NCBI RefSeq assembly: GCF_006345805.1 | Contig: NC_043006.1 | Span: 79,980,001 to 80,044,000 of the forward strand | DNA length: 64,000 nucleotides | Reading direction: 5' to 3' | DNA from: Octopus sinensis | Taxonomy: Eukaryota | In this document: in pieces, positions 1 through 12,500 of the stretch | Position numbering within the stretch: the stretch's first letter is position 1 | Layout of the letters: each line of letters begins with the position of its first letter | Position numbers and translations under genes: made by a program | Notes under the pieces: model-generated | Databases searched by the model: none | What the model was told of the DNA's origin: nothing | Seen by the model: the letters and a program-made list of their open reading frames with translations, nothing else

Positions 1-146
1 AATGTTTTGAAGGTATTGATCATTATATCTCTTGGAGACATTGCTAAATTTCGAAAGTACATAGTAATACCTTTAAATTTACGGCAGTGAAGTAAATTAT
101 CAAAGTATCACCGGGACTTGGAAGGTCAATTCATGCATTATTCATT

Positions 147-2153
147 ATGTCTTTGAAAATGGAAACAGCTTTTGAATTGGTTGTAGTTTGTCTTTTATTG
201 TTCTCAAATATTGTAACATATGCAGGATACTTCAACAACTGTAGCCCAGCTTTGTGCTCCCATCCTCCCGGCCATAACACACCAGAACGCTGTTCGTGTC
301 GTCCGGACTGTTACCTCTACAAGGAATGTTGTTCTAACATGGCTAATAAGAGCACTTCTAATCACAAACAATCCTATCCATCACTATATTACAGATGTAC
401 AAGTTTTGGTAAACCTCATGATTATGACACTTATTATCAGTTTGACCGTTGTCCGCCTAACCATGATGTTACGGAGTATGTGAACCACTGCGAAAATCCT
501 GACTCAGATGATCAACTACAAAACATACCCGCTTTTGGTAAAACAAGTAAAATACTCTATAGAAACCTGTATTGTGCTCTGTGTCATGGAGAAGAATTTA
601 TTCTTTGGAATCTTTTATATGGATGCCGCTCGTACTCTAATATAAACTTAGAAAATATAGCGTATTCTCTGAAGAAGAAAAGGTGTCGGCTAGTGAAACA
701 ACCTCCAGAAGATTTGAAGAAATATTTGCATTCTTGCATTGAATTTATTTCGAGTTGTCCACAAGATAGTAATAAAGAACAAACGGTGGCATGTGAGTCT
801 GAGCCAATGGCGTTAATATATGTAAATAGGGTGTTTTACAAAAATAATGACTGTGCCAAATGTAATGGGGTTTCAGCTCCGTGTAATCAATTTTATATGA
901 AGGCCAAGGCAATGAAATATATTCCTTCACTGGCATTCCTATTCGATCCCAACATGAATTCCTATATGGAAACAAATACAAAAACGAAAACGAATCGTAC
1001 CGGTGTACTGAGGAACTCATGTCCAAAGCACGCTGTCTACGATATCAATACCAATCAATGTCGACAAGTTATCTTCCATCCTCCACTAAACTGTATGACA
1101 ACAAGATTAAATGAATCTGAGTATTACATTACTAGTGACGATCGTCTCTACTTAAATAATACCCAACGTTTTCTGAACCAATCAGAATTCACTCGAGATT
1201 CTCAAGATATAATAAGTATCTGTGTAAACAATGGTACCAATAATATATCAAATATCAATGGTATATCAAAATATTCCGTAGCTGAGAGCTATATCACATT
1301 AGTGGGACTCGTAATCTCTATTCCAGCTCTTGCAATCACTATTATAGTCTATCTCTGTATACCTGATCTCCGTACCTTACCAGGTAAATTACTCATTAGT
1401 CTTTTGTTAGCACTGTTTGTAGCTGAACTTCTCTTTCTTATCTCATCACAAGTCACTAAATCTACAGTGCTGTGCAAATATTTAGCAGTAGTAATGCATT
1501 ATTCGTTTCTAGCGACTTTCTTCTGGATGAATGTCATGTCAGTTGATGCCTGTCACACATTCTCAGGACTCACACAACTTCGAAGTAAAGGAAAACACAC
1601 CAAGAGATTTGTATTTTGTTCCTTGTATGCTTGGATCTGTCCACTTGTAATAGTAACAGTATCACTGGTATTTGAGTATATTCCTGGAAATCACGGACTT
1701 TCCCCAGACTATGGAAAAGATATTTGCTGGATTAAAAATGGAAAAAGTCTGCTATGTTTTTTTTTAATCCCTGTAATGATTATTTTATGTCTTAATTTCG
1801 TAGCCTTTACCCTCACCGCTAGAGGGCTCTATTTGGCACGTAAACTTTCAACGAAATATTTATCTAAACATAATAAACTGGAGTGTATCATTTGCGTAAA
1901 ACTATTCTTTATCATGGGACTAACATGGACATTCGCATTTCTGTATACGTTTACAAGAATTGAAGAATTTTCTCTATTATTTTGTATTTTAAACTCATTC
2001 GTTGGATTACTTATATGTTTATCGTTTCTATCAACAAGTATTGCTCGACGCAGTATTTTTCAGAATCTGCAAAAAATTACAAAAACATCCACAAAAGAAT
2101 CTGTTGATGTTAATTTCGCTCATAAAACAACATCAACGAATATAACTCCATAG
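147..2153 (+). CDS. Receptor copy A: intact single-exon SMB-like/Cys-rich ectodomain plus class B (Methuselah-like) 7TM GPCR, type-1 ectodomain
   Basis: 668-aa ORF; likely start is aaaATGg at 159 with signal peptide METAFELVVVCLLLFSNIVTYA; SMB-like CSCRPDCYLYKECC; 7TM motifs LRTLPGK, HYSFLATFFWMNVMS, YAWICP, CWI, KLFFIMGLTW; no GPS motif. Confidence 0.9.
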   Translation: MSLKMETAFELVVVCLLLFSNIVTYAGYFNNCSPALCSHPPGHNTPERCSCRPDCYLYKECCSNMANKSTSNHKQSYPSLYYRCTSFGKPHDYDTYYQFDRCPPNHDVTEYVNHCENPDSDDQLQNIPAFGKTSKILYRNLYCALCHGEEFILWNLLYGCRSYSNINLENIAYSLKKKRCRLVKQPPEDLKKYLHSCIEFISSCPQDSNKEQTVACESEPMALIYVNRVFYKNNDCAKCNGVSAPCNQFYMKAKAMKYIPSLAFLFDPNMNSYMETNTKTKTNRTGVLRNSCPKHAVYDINTNQCRQVIFHPPLNCMTTRLNESEYYITSDDRLYLNNTQRFLNQSEFTRDSQDIISICVNNGTNNISNINGISKYSVAESYITLVGLVISIPALAITIIVYLCIPDLRTLPGKLLISLLLALFVAELLFLISSQVTKSTVLCKYLAVVMHYSFLATFFWMNVMSVDACHTFSGLTQLRSKGKHTKRFVFCSLYAWICPLVIVTVSLVFEYIPGNHGLSPDYGKDICWIKNGKSLLCFFLIPVMIILCLNFVAFTLTARGLYLARKLSTKYLSKHNKLECIICVKLFFIMGLTWTFAFLYTFTRIEEFSLLFCILNSFVGLLICLSFLSTSIARRSIFQNLQKITKTSTKESVDVNFAHKTTSTNITP

Positions 2154-4034
2154 TTGTGCAGTCAAGCTAACCAATGTGGGTTACTCAATATCGTCAGTGG
2201 AATGAAGATGGAAATAATGGATAATAAATTATATATTAAATCTGAATAAATGACATGATGGTTCTTACTAGAATACCTTTGACTATAGATCTTCGAGACT
2301 ATGAATCAGCTGAGATTACCAAGTTCAACAATTAACAACATTCTGAACTGAAATTCCTAAAATGCCGATTCGGAAAAAAAGAAATGAAAAAATAAAAGGG
2401 AAAATTATGTTTTCTAGATTCTATTTGAATTCGTATAAGATAAACGCCTTGCAAGTGTGAAGGGTATGTGCCTATTTCTTTCAGGAACTTGCCCTTTTAT
2501 TTTTGGCCATTTCTCCTGTTCTTCGATATATTTAAATTTTCATGTCAACCTGAGCTGTTGAACGGACTCACTTTTTGCTGAAAACCCCATATAGTTAGTA
2601 ATTTTATTGTATCCTTTTTTTCTATCCTTTTTTGTATTCCATTTATATTCTGTTGACCTAACATTTTACGAATATGTGGGTTTTATGAAGTTTGAGCTCA
2701 CTCATGTCTCTCTCCCTGTCTTTTAGTTCGGTCAAACGATTTTAAATGGTTTTAAATAATCTCGTTCACTTCCTATATTATATAATCTCTTCCTCACACA
2801 TATGGAATAATCACGATATACGTTTTGGAAAACGCTTTGAAAAACATTTATTACGTCACATGTAACGGGATTTGTAGAGATACTAGTGTGTGTGAAAAGA
2901 GTCTACCACTCGTGTATCACATTTCTATGCCAACTCTATTAAAATATTATTATTCGTCGCTTTTAGTTATCCAATTAATTCTCTAGTAATCAGCTCTGAT
3001 TTGTCCAGCAAGCAAAATGTTGCTGTGCGTTTCCTTTTCTGTCCGTAGAACGTTATCTACGGAGAGATCTGATGTTGTTAAAAAGAATGCTGACAACATC
3101 GCATCAGTTTTATAATATTTTCAACAAGTCTTTTGGTCTTTTTGCATAAGAAAATAATTGTTTCGCCTTGAGCAAAATCGGTTTATTGTAAACGCTATTT
3201 CTAATTGTGGTATTACTTCCATATAAATGTGTTAAATCAAGGACAATATCCAAACCACGATATATATACCATATAATAATCAGACGATGTCGACTCCTTA
3301 GCCGTTATTCTTATTGTCTAATACATAGTAAAACAACGGGATTAAATGAATCATAATATCCTGTCATTAATGATGAGCATTTTAACTTACGTACTCTATA
3401 TCTGTAATATTAAATTATATAAAGAGAATATAATAAAAAGCACTTCATAAATACAAAATTTGTTTTTTTATTACGTGTTGAATATCCATGTTCCTCTATG
3501 CGTTTATGAAGACTGAAAAGCTTCTCTGTTATAGTCATTCTTTCTATCAATATAGCTTGCCTGCTGCTATTTCAAATGCTGAACGAAATTTGAAAGTTAT
3601 CTTCCACGAAATTTACCGATATAGTTTGAGCTTCTCAATAAACGTTATCAGTAGATTTTAAGTAACATTACTGCAGGTTTCTGTGTAAACGTGAACTGAT
3701 ATTGCTAATGTTGTTGGGAAAGCGTAACATTTCTTGCCTTATTCGTTCTCTGAATCGAGTCCAGTCAATATTAATTCTGAAAGCTCGGCTCGTGTTGTAT
3801 ATTTCCATTTACGTAACTAATTTATATGAATTTGCTAGAAGGAAAAAAAATGTCCCTTTTTTTATAATTATCTAAATTACAAAACCTTTGCGCTAATATT
3901 ATAATGAAATCAAAGCTATTAATCAATACCGTTTCATTTACTGCTCTATGAATCACTATAGATTTTGCTAAACTATCTGAGATTTTAACGTAAGCTTAAT
4001 CAATATATGTTGTCTGAAGTAAATATTCATTCTA
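2154..4034. repeat. 3' flank of A, inverted duplicate of 47686-49569 (3' flank of D)
   Basis: Continuous reverse-complement match by eye from the stop codon to ATTCTA at 4029-4034, over 90% identity. Confidence 0.9.
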
Positions 4035-4476
4035 ACCATATTTTGTATTATTTCTCCCCTTCCAAAAAATAAATAATAGTTAGGATTAGTGAAAATTTAA
4101 TAAAACGTAAGTAAATTTGAAATATAAGCTAACTGGGTTAACTTATGTGTACTTTCATCTACGTGATTTGTAAATAAGGAATCTTATTTGGAAATAATGA
4201 AAACTTTTCTAAATAAATGTGCGCATTTTACTGCTAATTTGTTTCTGGGATTAAATAATCTGAAAGTACAAGTAAGGATATGGAATGATTCTTCCAAGCA
4301 GAGATCACATTTCGAATACCCAACGGTATATTTAGTGTCCATATCATTTAAAGTCCAAGTGAGCCCACTCAAAGCCGTGTAATTTACTTTTTTTAAACCC
4401 AAATAAACTGAATATTTGTTTAGCCCAAATTATTGCAGCACACAAGTTTATAAAAAATTAGTGTATTCACTAGTTA

Positions 4477-4559
<83 letters not shown>

Positions 4560-4560
4560 T
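4477..4560 (+). repeat. (AAT)n microsatellite directly 5' of retrotransposon X1
   Basis: Near-pure AAT run. Confidence 0.97.
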
Positions 4561-7500
4561 AAGAGTGGCGCGCCAGCCTTGACAGCGCCTGGACGTATTC
4601 CTCACAGCTCTGACAATTCAGTAGCCGAAAGCCATAGAAACACTAAAATGACCCAGTTTAGCAACGGGGAAAGATAACTCTCAAAGACTGGAACATCTAC
4701 AATATCTTGTGAGTTTTTAAAATTCTCTTCAAAATAAGTTAAGAAATTTACAAATTTACATATCTACAGCTTTCAAACATACATCCGATCAGCTTTAATA
4801 CCCACAACTGCCTCTGTAAACACCTTTTTTTTTCTTCTCTCTAAAAACATCACGCTTTTCATTTTGTGGACTTACAAAACACTAAAACTTTCTATGAAAA
4901 TCTGACTTTTCTCTGCTTCCTCCCTGAATATTCAAATATAAATGTAAACATATACTTTTTATTGCAAAAACACACCTGTTCTTCTAACTGGATATACAAA
5001 CATCTCTAGAAAGTCAACTTCAACCTCCATAATATTAACTTACACGAAATATACAAATACTTTTTATTGCAATAACACAAACGCACATGGAAAAAAATAA
5101 TGATGCGAAGATTCTCTCTGGTCGAACACAACTTCTCTATCCACAAACAATACAGAACAGCCCTTCCTTAATTTTTCTTAAGTAGTAGTAAACATTTGAA
5201 CTTTTTTTGACCGATAAGACCCCACCTGAAAAAAAATCACTGATGGTGATGGTGATGATGATGATGATGATAATAATGATGGTAATAGTGCTGATAATCT
5301 GTCTATATATCTATCTACACACACACACACACTCACAGAGTTCAACCAACACAAACCTCACCTCGGCTCTTTAGATGTTAACCAAATATGAAAGTATTAT
5401 TTGACAGGCAAGAACTCTGGCGTTGAAGACAGCCAGCCAGCCAACAACCAAGCCAGCCAACGAGACACACAGACACTACTGTGATGGTGATAATGATAAA
5501 AAACAAAAATAACAATAATAAGATACTGCTGTGACTACACATAAAACAATATCATTGATGATAATGATGATGATGGTGATGGTGATGATGATAATGATGA
5601 CGGTAATGGTGGTGATAATGATGATAGTGATAATAATGGTGATGATAATAACAATAATAAGCCGACTACGGCTGCTATAATGGTATGATTATAATAGTAA
5701 CGGCAATGATGGCCGTCTCCCCACGAGCCAATCAAAGCTCAAAAATGATAACATTATCGTAGCACCAAAATGTAATTGGAAAGTAAAAGGAAAGCTAAAT
5801 CAGTATACCAAATCGCTTGTCCTATGGTTAATCTGGAAGTGCGTCCCCCAGGGAAGAGCCAGCCTGGGATCGAAAAGTCATCAACTGGCACAAACTCTTC
5901 TCCGAATACGGACATGGATGGTCACTTGAACGGGAAATCCCCCAACTCGAACCCTCCAAGCTCACCACCACAACCACCACAGAAAGAAAAATGTAAGCGG
6001 AACAAATGGACCCGAGAAGAGTATAAAGAAGTAATATACGCTTATTACTATGCATTAGGTAGGCCATCTCAAGAGAGACACACCGCAAACTCATACAGTA
6101 TATGGAGAACACGGAATCAAGACAGTAGGCCCTATTTGGACGAGAACAAATTGGCAAATGTGAGGAGGGATATCCTTAGAAATAACAGACTCACAGACAG
6201 TGTAAAAAGCGCGATCAAGCACGCAACGGAAAATGACATAAATATAAGACACAAAGGAAATGAAGAATCAGATGAACAGTATAGCCCGCTACGAGGCTTA
6301 ATTGAAAGACTGCCATATGACCAAAGTACGCAAAGGCCTGAAGATACAAGAAATTCTATTGTACCTGTTAAAGATAGCCAGGAAAATGATAAAATAACAG
6401 TAACTGAAGATCTCCATTTGCTGAAGAACACAGAGAGTCTATGGCAGAAATGAGGCAGAAAATCCTGAATACGTTTGAAGTTGTAAGACATACAGGTATG
6501 AATGATAGAGAACCACTTCATAAACTCTCAAATACAAACCAAAATAAAAAACAAATCCAAATTGGCAACTATTTTACAAATGAAATAATACAAGAATTAA
6601 AACCTGATTTTACTGAGTTAAAGAAAATTATTTACGCTTCTGCTAGGGCAATTGAAACCAGCTGTATGTGCCCGAAAAAACAAAGAAAACCAAACCTGGG
6701 AAGAAATCAAACCTGGAGAAGTAAAATTGAAAAAGAGATTGAATTTATGAGAGGGGAAATATCAATATTAAATGAACTAATATGTGGAAATGATGTAAGA
6801 TCCAGAACAGGAAGAAAGATGAAGAGAAAATTTGGATCCTCACCAAGAGAAGAACTGATATCAATAAAAGAAACGCTGAAACAAAAAGTTCAAGCAAAAG
6901 CCCAAAGAATACGAAGATTTGAGAAGAGAAACAAGTTTTACAAGCAAAATAAGCTGTTCACATCCAATGCCAAAAAATTCTACAGAGAAATAGGGAAGGA
7001 GAAAGTAACCGTTAAAGACCCCCCCTCCCATGGAAGAAGTTCAAAACTTTTGGAAAAGGATTTGGAGTGACAAGAAGACGTACAACATAAATTCAGACTG
7101 GATTATACAATCTGAAGGATCCTACCAAAATTTACAACAACAAGCATGGGAAGACATCACAATAGCAGACCTAAGAAAGGCACTCACGAAGGCCCATAAT
7201 TGGAAATCCCCCGGTAAAGATAGGGTGCCGAATTTCTGGCTCGCATCGCTCCCATGCGCACACGGTAAGCTAGTTCAGCTGCTCAATGGAATTATGAGAG
7301 ACCCAAAGAAAACACCTGAATGGTTAGCAAGTGGTATTACTTACCTACTCCCAAAGAATAACGAAACCAACCTTCCAAAAACTATCGGCCTATAACCTGT
7401 CTATCCACCACGTATAAAATCCTAACATCTATCCTGGCGGAGGAAACATATGCATTCATGGAGAAGAACGATATTTTCTCCATTGAACAAAAAGGGTGCC

Positions 7501-8103
7501 GCCGAGGCTCATACGGATGAAAAGATCAACAGCTAATCAATCGTATGGTCCTTGAGAACCGTCACAACAAGCGCAGAAATCTCAGCTCCGCATGGATTGA
7601 CTATAAAAAGGCCTTCGACAGTATACCGCATCCATGGATCTTGAGATCGCTGGACATCTTCAAAATTTCCCCTGTGATTTCAAACTTTCTGAAGCACAAT
7701 ATGTTGTTGTGGAATACGAATCTCCAATTATACCACTCTAATGGAGTACTTGCCTCAGAAAATATAAACATCAACTGTGGAATTTTTCAAGGTGACTCAC
7801 TTTCACCTTTAATATTCTGCATAGCCCTAATACCCCTTACAAGTGAATTAAACAGAACAGGGTATGGGTATAAAATTGCCAATAAAAAAACAAGCCATCT
7901 ATTTTATATGGATGACTTAAAGCTCTATGGTAAAGACAATGATGAGCTTGAAGGCCTATTGCGCACTGTGAAAGCATTCAGCGATGACATCGGGATTGAG
8001 TTTGGACTTGAGAAGTGTGCCAAGGCCACTTTCCAGAAAGGGAAAGTGAAGACCACAAATTCAGTCGTGTTAGATGTTGACACAGTCATAAGAGAGCTTG
8101 AGC
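4561..8103 (+). mobile_element. R4/Dong-clade RLE non-LTR retrotransposon, family X copy X1 (5' UTR plus ORF to mid-RT; disrupted, 3' truncated)
   Basis: About 1.2-kb 5' UTR; ATG at 5770 followed by TAA; Myb-like KWTREEYKEVIYAYYY; RT motifs KSPGKD, WIDYKKAFDSIPH, GIFQGDSLSP, YMDD; several frameshifts and stops. Confidence 0.9.
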
Positions 8104-8104
8104 T

Positions 8105-9541
8105 TGGAACGGATTTTCACAAAAGTCCATCTATTGAAGATTTACTTGATAAACCTTAGTACATATTGATATTAATCTATCCGTCAAGGCAACGAGCTGG
8201 CAGAACCATTAGCACACAAGGCAAAATACTTCGCAGCATTTCATCCGTCTTTACATTCACAGTTCAAAATCCGTCACGACCCCTCCTCGGAAATTGTTAC
8301 CTTTTTACCAAAATTTGGAATCAATATTACTCTATTGGTTCTTTCATATTTCCTTTCACTTAGCTACCGATTGCTCCCAATATCGACCATTTTGCATTTG
8401 CATTTGACTCTCTTCTTCTGTGTGTATACCAGTGACCGTATGTACGATCATATATGCATGAAAAATACATATATGTGTGTGTTTGTGTGTGTGAGAGTAT
8501 TCGTAAAACTTTATGCATACACGTCCATACATATCCACTTATAGACCTAAACATCTATACCAACACACACGCACACACACACACACACCAGCACATACAT
8601 ACATACAAAGATACAGGGCAAGCATGAAGTCTATACACAAGGGAAACATGACTTACTCATTAATATCGCTAATAATGACTGTGTAGAATGGGTTTCGTCG
8701 CTCATCAGATATTAGTTCGTTTCACGTCTTTTTCTGACGTATGTTGGAGGTGTACTCAGTGAAAATCACAGATGAAAATCATGTTGACAATGTTATTCTT
8801 TAATGAAGTTCAATAATATTATTGAATAATATTATTTTCGCTCATGTATGTAGACTTAACGTTCACACTTTACATGCATACATGAATAAATAAATAAATA
8901 AATAAATAAATAAATTTCTGATTGAACAAACAAGAGAAACATAATTCAGTATATGAATATATCATCTTTTTTATTTTTAATCGCAAGAATGTTACAAAAG
9001 TTACTCAAAGGCCGAGAGCTTCGTAGGCGGCACATAAAACACTGACTTTAGGTCAAAGGACTCGTTACATATAAAGAGAATATTTCGTGAAGCCTAATAT
9101 TGGTAGGTCACGTGCATATAATGTAATTGTTACAATAATACTCATTAGTATTTACCCTATGCTTGCTAAAAGCAGAATATCATCTGTTCCATCTATGGTA
9201 TTACGTATCATTCTATGGGTACTCTTTTACTTGTTTCAGTCATTTGACTGCGGCCATGCTGGAGCACCGCCTTTACTCGAGCAACTCGACACCGGGACTT
9301 ATTCTTTGTAAGCTCAGTACTTATTCTATCGTTATCTTTTGCCACACCGCTAAGTGACGGGGACATAAACACAACAGCATCGGTTACCAAGCAATACTAT
9401 CGGAACAAACAAAGACACAGAAACATACACGCACACATATATATATATACATATATACGACGGGCTTTTTTCAGTTTCCGTCTAACAAATCCACTCACAA
9501 GGCTTGGGTCGGCCCGAAGCTATAGTAGAAGACACTTGCCC
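8105..9541. repeat. Segment Q, direct duplicate of 43260-44666
   Basis: Starts TGGAACGGATTTTCACAAAAG in both places and stays colinear to the SINE sequence CACTTGCCC. Confidence 0.9.
9220..9541 (-). mobile_element. tRNA-derived SINE family S1, 5' head deleted
   Basis: Matches the full copy at 44354-44745. Confidence 0.8.
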
Positions 9542-12500
9542 TTCTTGATCAATCCTAGTGCTCCTACGATCACTAGTATTGTAACCGCCTTGAGATGTCA
9601 CATTTTCTCAATTTCAATGAGTAGGACTTTATATTTTTTGAGCTTGTCAAACTCTTTCGCTGAGATATTATGATCACAGGGGATGCTCATGTCGATCAAT
9701 AAGCAAACTTTATTGTTTTGGTCTTTCACAACAATATCTGGTTTATTGGCCTTGATGGTTCGGTCTGTAATGCCGACTTATTAGCCAGTGTAGATATTGG
9801 CCAACTCTGTCATGTCTTAATTTATACTCCACTGGTGCTAAGACTTTACATCCAGAGATTAGGTGGTCCACTGTTTTAATCATGTCGTTGCAGAATCGGC
9901 ATTTTGGGTCTGCTCCATTTTTCATCACATTGGCCTGGTAGTTCCGGGTTAATAGGCTTTGATCTTGAGCAGCCAGGATGAAACCTTCGCTCTCTGCTTT
10001 TAGCCCTGAGCTCCGTAGCCACTGATGGGTTTGCTTCTGGTCAACATCAGCTTGTTTGCTGCGGGTCACATATTTGCCGTGCAGAGGTTTCTCCTCCCAC
10101 CTATCAGCCAATTGCTCGTGCGCTTTTTTCGTTGCTATCATCTTCACCTTCTTTGCAACAATAGTTGCCGTACTTCCCTCGGGTTGTTCAGTTTGGGTAT
10201 CCTGCACGAGATCAATAGCAAATGTTTTGCTTTCGTTTATGATAGAATGAAGCTTCTTTCGTCTCTCGTGATTTTCCACGTGCTTTAGCATCCAGTCATT
10301 CGATATTTCGAGATATTTGGCCAGTCCAATTGTGGTTGTTTTGTGAGCTAGTTCAAATTGGATCAGGCCTCGACCTCCTAGGGCTCTGGGAAGGTAAAGG
10401 CGATCTACGTCTGCCTTTGGGTGGTGCATCCTATTACAACTCAGCAGCTTGCGTATTTTTCTATCTATATTCTTTACTTCACTCATATTCCAGTTCAACA
10501 CATTGTAGCTATAAGTAACAACTGGAACTGCTAAGGAATTTATAGCTAACACCTTGTTACGTGCATTTAGTTCAGATTTCAGGACTGCACGAACTCTCCT
10601 ATAACATTCCTTCCTGATTTTCTCTTTCATGCTTGCATGCTGAAAACCAGAGCCTTCATTTATCCCTAAATATTTGTATGTTTGTTCTTGCTCAAGCTCT
10701 CTTATGACTGTGTCAACATCTAACACGACTGAATTTGTGGTCTTCACTTTCTCTTTCTGGAAAGTGGCCTTGGCACACTTCTCAAGTCCGAACTCCATCC
10801 CGATGTCTTCGCTGAATGCTTTCACGGTGCGCAATAGGCCTTCAAGTTCATTATTGTCTTTACTATAAAGTTTTAAGTCATCCATATAAAATAGATGGCT
10901 TATTTTTTTATTGGCAATTTTATACCCATACCCTGTTCTGTTTAATTCACTTGTAAGGGGTATTAGGGCTATGCAGAATATTAAAGGTGAAAGTGAGTCA
11001 CCTTGAAAAATTCCACAGTTGATGTTTATATTTTCTGAGGCAAGTACTCCATTAGAGTGGTATAATTGGAGATTCGTATTCCACAACGACATATTGTGCT
11101 TCAGGAAGTTTGAAATCACAGGGGAAATTTTGAAGATGTCCAGCGATCTCAAGATCCATGGATGCGGTATACTGTCGAAGGCCTTTTTGTAGTCAATCCA
11201 TGCGGAGCTGAGATTTCTGCGCTTGTTGTGACAGTTCTCAAGAATCATACGATTGATTAGCAGTTGATCTTTGCATCCGTAAGAGCCTCGGCGCCACCCT
11301 TTTTGTTCTATGGGGAAAATATCGTTCTTCTCCATGAATGCATATGTTTTCTCCGCCAGGATAGATGTTAGGATTTTATACGTGGTGGATAGACAGGTTA
11401 TAGGCCGATAGTTTTTTGGAAGGTTGGTTTCGTTATTCTTTGGGAGTAGGTAAGTAATACCACTTGCTAACCATTCAGGTGTTTTCTTTGGGTCTCTCAT
11501 AATTCCATTGAGCAGCTGAACTAGCTTACCGTGTGCGCATGGGAGCGATGCGAGCCAGAAATTCGGCACCCTATCTTTACCGGGGGATTTCCAATTATGG
11601 GCCTTCGTGAGTGCCTTTCTTAGGTCTGCTATTGTGATGTCTTCCCATGCTTGTTGTTGTAAATTTTGGTAGGATCCTTCAGATTGTATAATCCAGTCTG
11701 CATTTATGTTGTACGTCTTCTTGTCACTCCAAATCCTTTTCCAAAAGTTTTGAACTTCTTCCATGGGAGGGGGATCTTTAACGGTTACTTTCTCCTTCCC
11801 TATTTCTCTGTAGAATTTTTTGGCATTGGATGTGAACAGCTTATTTTGCTTGTAAAACTTGTTTCTCTTCTCAAATCTTCGTATTCTTTGGGCTTTTGCT
11901 TGGACTTTTTGTTTCAGCGTTTCTTTTATTGATATCACTTCTTCTCTTGGTGAGGATCCAAATTTTCTCTTCATCTTTCTTCCTGTTCTGGATCTTACAT
12001 CACTTCCACATATTAGTTCATTTAATATTGATATTTCCCCTCTCATAAATTCAATCTCTTTTTCAATTTTACTTCTCCAGGTTTGATTTCTTCCCAGGTT
12101 TGGTATTCTTTGTTTTTTCGGGGACATACTGCTGGTTTCAATTGCCCTAGCAGAAGCGTAAATAATTTCATTTAACTCAGTAAAATCAGATTTTAATTCT
12201 CGTATTATTTCATTTGTTACATAGTTGCCAATTTGGATTTGTTTTTTTATTTTGGTTTGTATTTGAGAGTTTATGAAGTGGTTCTCTATCATTCATACTT
12301 GTATGTCTTACAACTTCAAGCGTATTCAGGATTTTCTGCCTCATTTCTGCCATAGACTCTCTGTGTTCTTCAGCAAATGCGAGATCTTCAGTTACTGTTG
12401 TTTTTTCGTTTTCCTGGCTGTCTTTAACAGGTACAATAGAATTTCTTGTATCTTCAGGCCTTTGCGTACTTTGGTCAGATGGCAGTCTTTCAATTAAGCC

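Noticed and set aside
147-2153. Calling these adhesion GPCRs or assigning a gene symbol
   Set aside because: No GAIN/GPS motif; only family-level (class B/Mth-like) similarity is supportable.
4561-4680. Possible HDV-like or hammerhead ribozyme at the X 5' end (TTCCTCAC, CTGAC..GAAA)
   Set aside because: Could not build consistent P1/P2/P3 pairings in both X1 and X2, and the core is CTGACAG/CTGACAA, not CTGANGA. Needs a descriptor search.
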